Shown piece after piece: positions 60,669 to 64,000 of a DNA stretch of 64,000 bases; the stretch's first letter is position 1; every line of letters starts with the position of its first letter. The stretch is from NCBI GenBank assembly GCA_905178155.1, contig CAJINV010000010.1, positions 62,001 to 126,000 on the forward strand, written 5' to 3'. The position numbers were made by a program, and so were the translations under genes. The notes under the pieces were generated by a model that saw only the letters and a list, made by a program, of their open reading frames with translations, searched no databases and had not been told where the DNA came from. This DNA is from Amoebophrya sp. A120 (taxonomy: Eukaryota > Protista > Dinoflagellata).

Positions 60669-62261
60669 CACTTGCTATTTTTCTTCTGATTCGACCCAAA
60701 TGTTCGGCTGATGAGCAGCTTCTTCTCCTTCTTCTAAATCTGTTGCACAGTGATTTCCCTAAGGAAATGCTTGTAAACAGGATTTAGAAGAAGATTTAGA
60801 AGATGTTCATCAGCCGAAAAATGGTCGAATACAGCAGTTTTGGAAACGGACAGGTCTCAACCTGTCCGTTTCCAAAACTGAAAATAGCAAGCGACTTTTG
60901 CGCGAAGGTGGATCTTGTTTCGAAATACACATCAAACTTGACACAGAACGAAGCCAAATGCGGAAGGAGAAGGTCGAGGCAGAACATGCTTCACATATGA
61001 TCGTGCAGAAGACGGAACAAAAGACGCGAAAACTGTTGCCCGTGGCGACTGCCAGAGCAACAATCTTCGCGGCTGTCCCACTGTCGAACACCCTCACACC
61101 CCAAAACATGCGGAACAACCAGACGGGCGACACCCTGAACCACCTAACTGCGCCGGGTGACAGAAATGCCCAGCGGTACCCCGCAACACAGACAAACACC
61201 AAAGGGCGCGGGCCCATCCATGCACCGGACGACCGAAGTTGGCGCCGTGGGGCGCGGGGCACAGGACAAAGGCCAGCAAACCCGGAGCGGGGGGAGCACA
61301 GACACCCACCAAACGAGAGGCCCCGGCCGCTTCCTCGCCGCGCTGGGATTTCGAAAATCAGAAAAAAAATAGCCATTTTGTAGCCACCTCTGTGGCCCCA
61401 CGACCCTCTAACTGATCGTGCCTTCTCCGGCCCGGCGAGCGGGGCACATGCGAAACACAAAACAAACACAGGCGACGGCCTATGCCCATGATCCCCCGAA
61501 AACCCGGGCAGCCAAAGTCTCAGGGTCGACGTGAGATCTTGGCCGCCTCAAACCCGTGGATCTTGTGCAATTCCTTGTGCAATTTCTTGTGCAATTGTTG
61601 TGCAATTGCACGAAGACAGGTGGCTTGACCACCAGAGGGGTTTTGGGAATTGGGGTGGGAGTTGCGTGTTCAATATTTTGGGAATTGTGTGCGCAATTGA
61701 GCAAAACAAAGGAAATCCTTCCGGATTCCGTGCCCCCCCCTTCAATTGCACCCCGAATTCCACACACAATTCCACACGAAATTCCACAAATCCCGGTGGT
61801 GTTTCCGCCACGAATTCCCAGAATATTGCACAAAAAATTGCACACGCAATTGCACAAAAATTGAACAGAAATTGCACACAAGGCACACTGCGCCGACATC
61901 ATGCGGAAAACGCCCGGGCGGTCCCGGCGTCTAAAATTCTTCTAATTTTTCCGGTTTTGAAGAAAAAGCAAGAACCCAAAACCCTTGGCGGCAGACCCAG
62001 GGGAAGACAGAGGTCGGCGCCGAAGCCAAGAACGGAAATAGGCGGCGCGGTGAAAAGACACCAACAACATGACGACGAAAGGGCGACCCAGGCGAGGAAG
62101 GCGGTGGCGAGGAGGGGAAGACAAAACAAGAGATCGCCCCGAACACCTGCACATTGGATCATTGCCGCGACTACTTAGTCACGACGATCCGACATGGAAG
62201 ACGGGGCGATCTATTGAAACCAATCCGCAGGCGCCGACTGCTACAGTCGGCTTCTAATTTC

Positions 62262-62462
62262 GGCCTCTAGAGTCGGCCTCTAAAGCCGGTCTCTAAAACC
62301 GGTCTCTAAAACCGGCCTCTAAAGCCGGTCTCTAAAACCGGTCTCTAAAGCCGGTCTCTAAAACCGGTCTCTAAAATGCTCCTCTAAAGCCCGCCTCTAA
62401 AATGGCCTCTAAAAAGGCCTCTAAAAAGTCCTCTAATTCTTCCCTCTAAAATTCCTCTAATT
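62262..62462. repeat. 12-bp tandem repeat (ccggtctctaaa-like)
   Basis: Direct inspection, about 15 degenerate units. Confidence 0.85.
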
Positions 62463-64000
62463 CTTTCGCCCGCCCGGCAGTTTCGAGGCTTCTAAAAATC
62501 CTCTAAAACTGCCGGGTAGGCGAAATCACACACAAAGTCGCAGCTTTGCGATTTTAGAAGATGAGTTAGAAGAATTCGGGATGGCAAAACCGGAAGCGGA
62601 ACCGGAAGATTCTTCCGGTGAACCGGAAGATTCCTCCGCCTCCGCTTCACGGGAACATGTGAGACCCGGCATCATATATGTGTTTGTGGGCTGCAGGAGA
62701 TGACGTTCGCGCTCGAAACCCACGAACATCATCTTCCGCGAAACGACAAACGAATATTTTTGCTCTGGTTTCGAAAAACGCAGAGGCGATGCGAGCGTCC
62801 ACAAATTTGCCCGACGACACCCTTCTCAACTTCCCACCCCAAAGCTGCACCCTCCCACGACCTACATCAACATAGTTTTAAAATTGCAGAGCATGAATTA
62901 CCCCGGTAACCGCTTCGAATTTTTAAATTTTAAAACTAACGCCGCCCCGGTAAACCAAGAAACCAACAACGAACAACCAGGCGGCTGCCTGTACAAAACC
63001 AGCCGGGGACACCGGGCAGGATGTCACGCGGCACACTGCCACACGCCCGGGGCGAAGCCCGTCGCGGCCAGAGAAAACGGGCGGCGGGAATTTTTGAAAT
63101 CCCGGAAATTTTAGTGGGTTTTTAGCTGCAAAATCCGCCCGGGGTGTCTCCGCATGACCGACACAAAAAAAACCGGCGAGACCACAAGAGCTGGCCCGCT
63201 ACGCCAACACCGGAAGGGTGTTTTCGCCTGCATGATCAAGAACATGGGACCTCGCGAGAACTCCCACGCCGGTCTTTTCGCAAGAAACCCGAAGCAACCC
63301 AATGGAACATGGAGGGGCGGACACCAACAACACCCAAGAAGCCGGCCGGCCAAACTCCGCGGACAGAGGTCGGGGAGCTCCTCCGCGTAAACCTATGAGG
63401 CCGGGGAGGCAACGCGGGCCATTCCCAAAATTCCGCAAAAATCGCACAAATATTCCCCGCTTAGTTGGCCCGGTCTCGGACGCCTGATCACCCTCCAGCA
63501 GATCGGCGACCGTCTCGAGAAGAAGCTCGCGCAGTTGGTCAAGGAAGGGTCGCACAAGATCGAGAGTCCGTCCCTTGGCAAGGCCTTCCCGGTCGTCGAG
63601 GAAAAGACGAAGAAGAAGAAGGGAAACAAACGTCAGAAAAATGACGACGATGACGAGGAGCCGGACTCCGCGGATGATGGTCAAAATGCTGCTTCTGGCA
63701 AGGTGTTCTCGGCGAAAGCCTTGAAACGCATGAAAGCCAAATTACGCAAGCAGACCGAAGCGAGTGTCTTGGCTGCCCATGGCCTGCCCCCGAAGTCTAA
63801 CGCTAAGGGCGGAAGTGGCCAGAAAGGTGGTGGCAAGACTGGTCGGAACCAGAGCACTCCCTACAACACTGCGACCAAACCCAAATGCTGGATCTGTGGC
63901 AAGGAAAACCATAAGGCGGACCGTTGCCGCTGGAATCCTAACAATCAAGGGAAAGGTCAGTGGGGTGGTGCCTGGGGAAACCAGCAGCCGCAGTGGTGTC

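Larger units (their letters stand above)
59891..63486. mobile_element. 3.6-kb non-autonomous hAT-like TIR element
   Basis: TIR CAGGCGTCCGNGNNCGGGCCANCTAAG; perfect 8-bp TSD atcaccct; no transposase recognised. Confidence 0.85.
59295..64000 (+). mobile_element. gag: LTR retrotransposon gag (Copia-type), disrupted; continues beyond the window
   Basis: KLSSAQDWRVW...ILDKLPKMF...DHITL, resuming at 63487 with ITLQQIGDRL...CWICGKENHKADRC (CX2CX4HX4C zinc knuckle). Confidence 0.75.

Noticed and set aside
1-64000. Most entries in the ORF track as independent genes
   Set aside because: They run through introners (recurring VMQ, CMTN, HHKF peptides are translations of the motif) or are antisense to real exons.
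1-64000. rRNA, tRNA or spliced-leader RNA genes
   Set aside because: None recognised by eye; a covariance-model scan would be needed to exclude them.

Overview
Eukaryotic, intron-rich, repeat-rich DNA. It resembles the parasitic dinoflagellate Amoebophrya (Syndiniales); this is inferred from recalled published descriptions of its TAT-starting introners and was not verified here. Three minus-strand host genes are present: a giant Sfi1-repeat-like gene (<1-20906), a DUF285/BspA-repeat gene (24113-29142, with a partial paralogue at 34.8-35.5 kb) and a pepsin-family aspartic protease (37393-58434). About 70 short introner elements (mostly 118-387 bp) in 13 families (my labels F1-F13) occur in the window, nearly all interrupting these genes. 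They have TAT...ATA terminal inverted repeats (TIRs), 5-bp flanking direct repeats (DRs) and usually a shared internal GCAT(G/C/T)ACA(A/G)A motif, and they occur in either orientation. At the junctions I translated by hand, removing the element plus one DR restores the reading frame. The key observation is a 13.7-kb element (40183-53917) inside a protease intron. It has the same TAT...ATA ends, a perfect 5-bp target-site duplication (TSD, TTCTA), TIRs that match introner family F11, and the same internal motif. It encodes a multi-exon protein with Mutator/IS256-like D-D-xxH-E motifs, a K/S-rich protein and a convergent PD-(D/E)XK-like nuclease. It is a candidate autonomous mobiliser of the introners. 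Also present are a 1.7-kb TAT...ATA element, several insertions bounded by long direct repeats, a 1447-bp tandem array next to an assembly N, and a Copia-type gag split by a hAT-like element. All coordinates and translations were read by eye.
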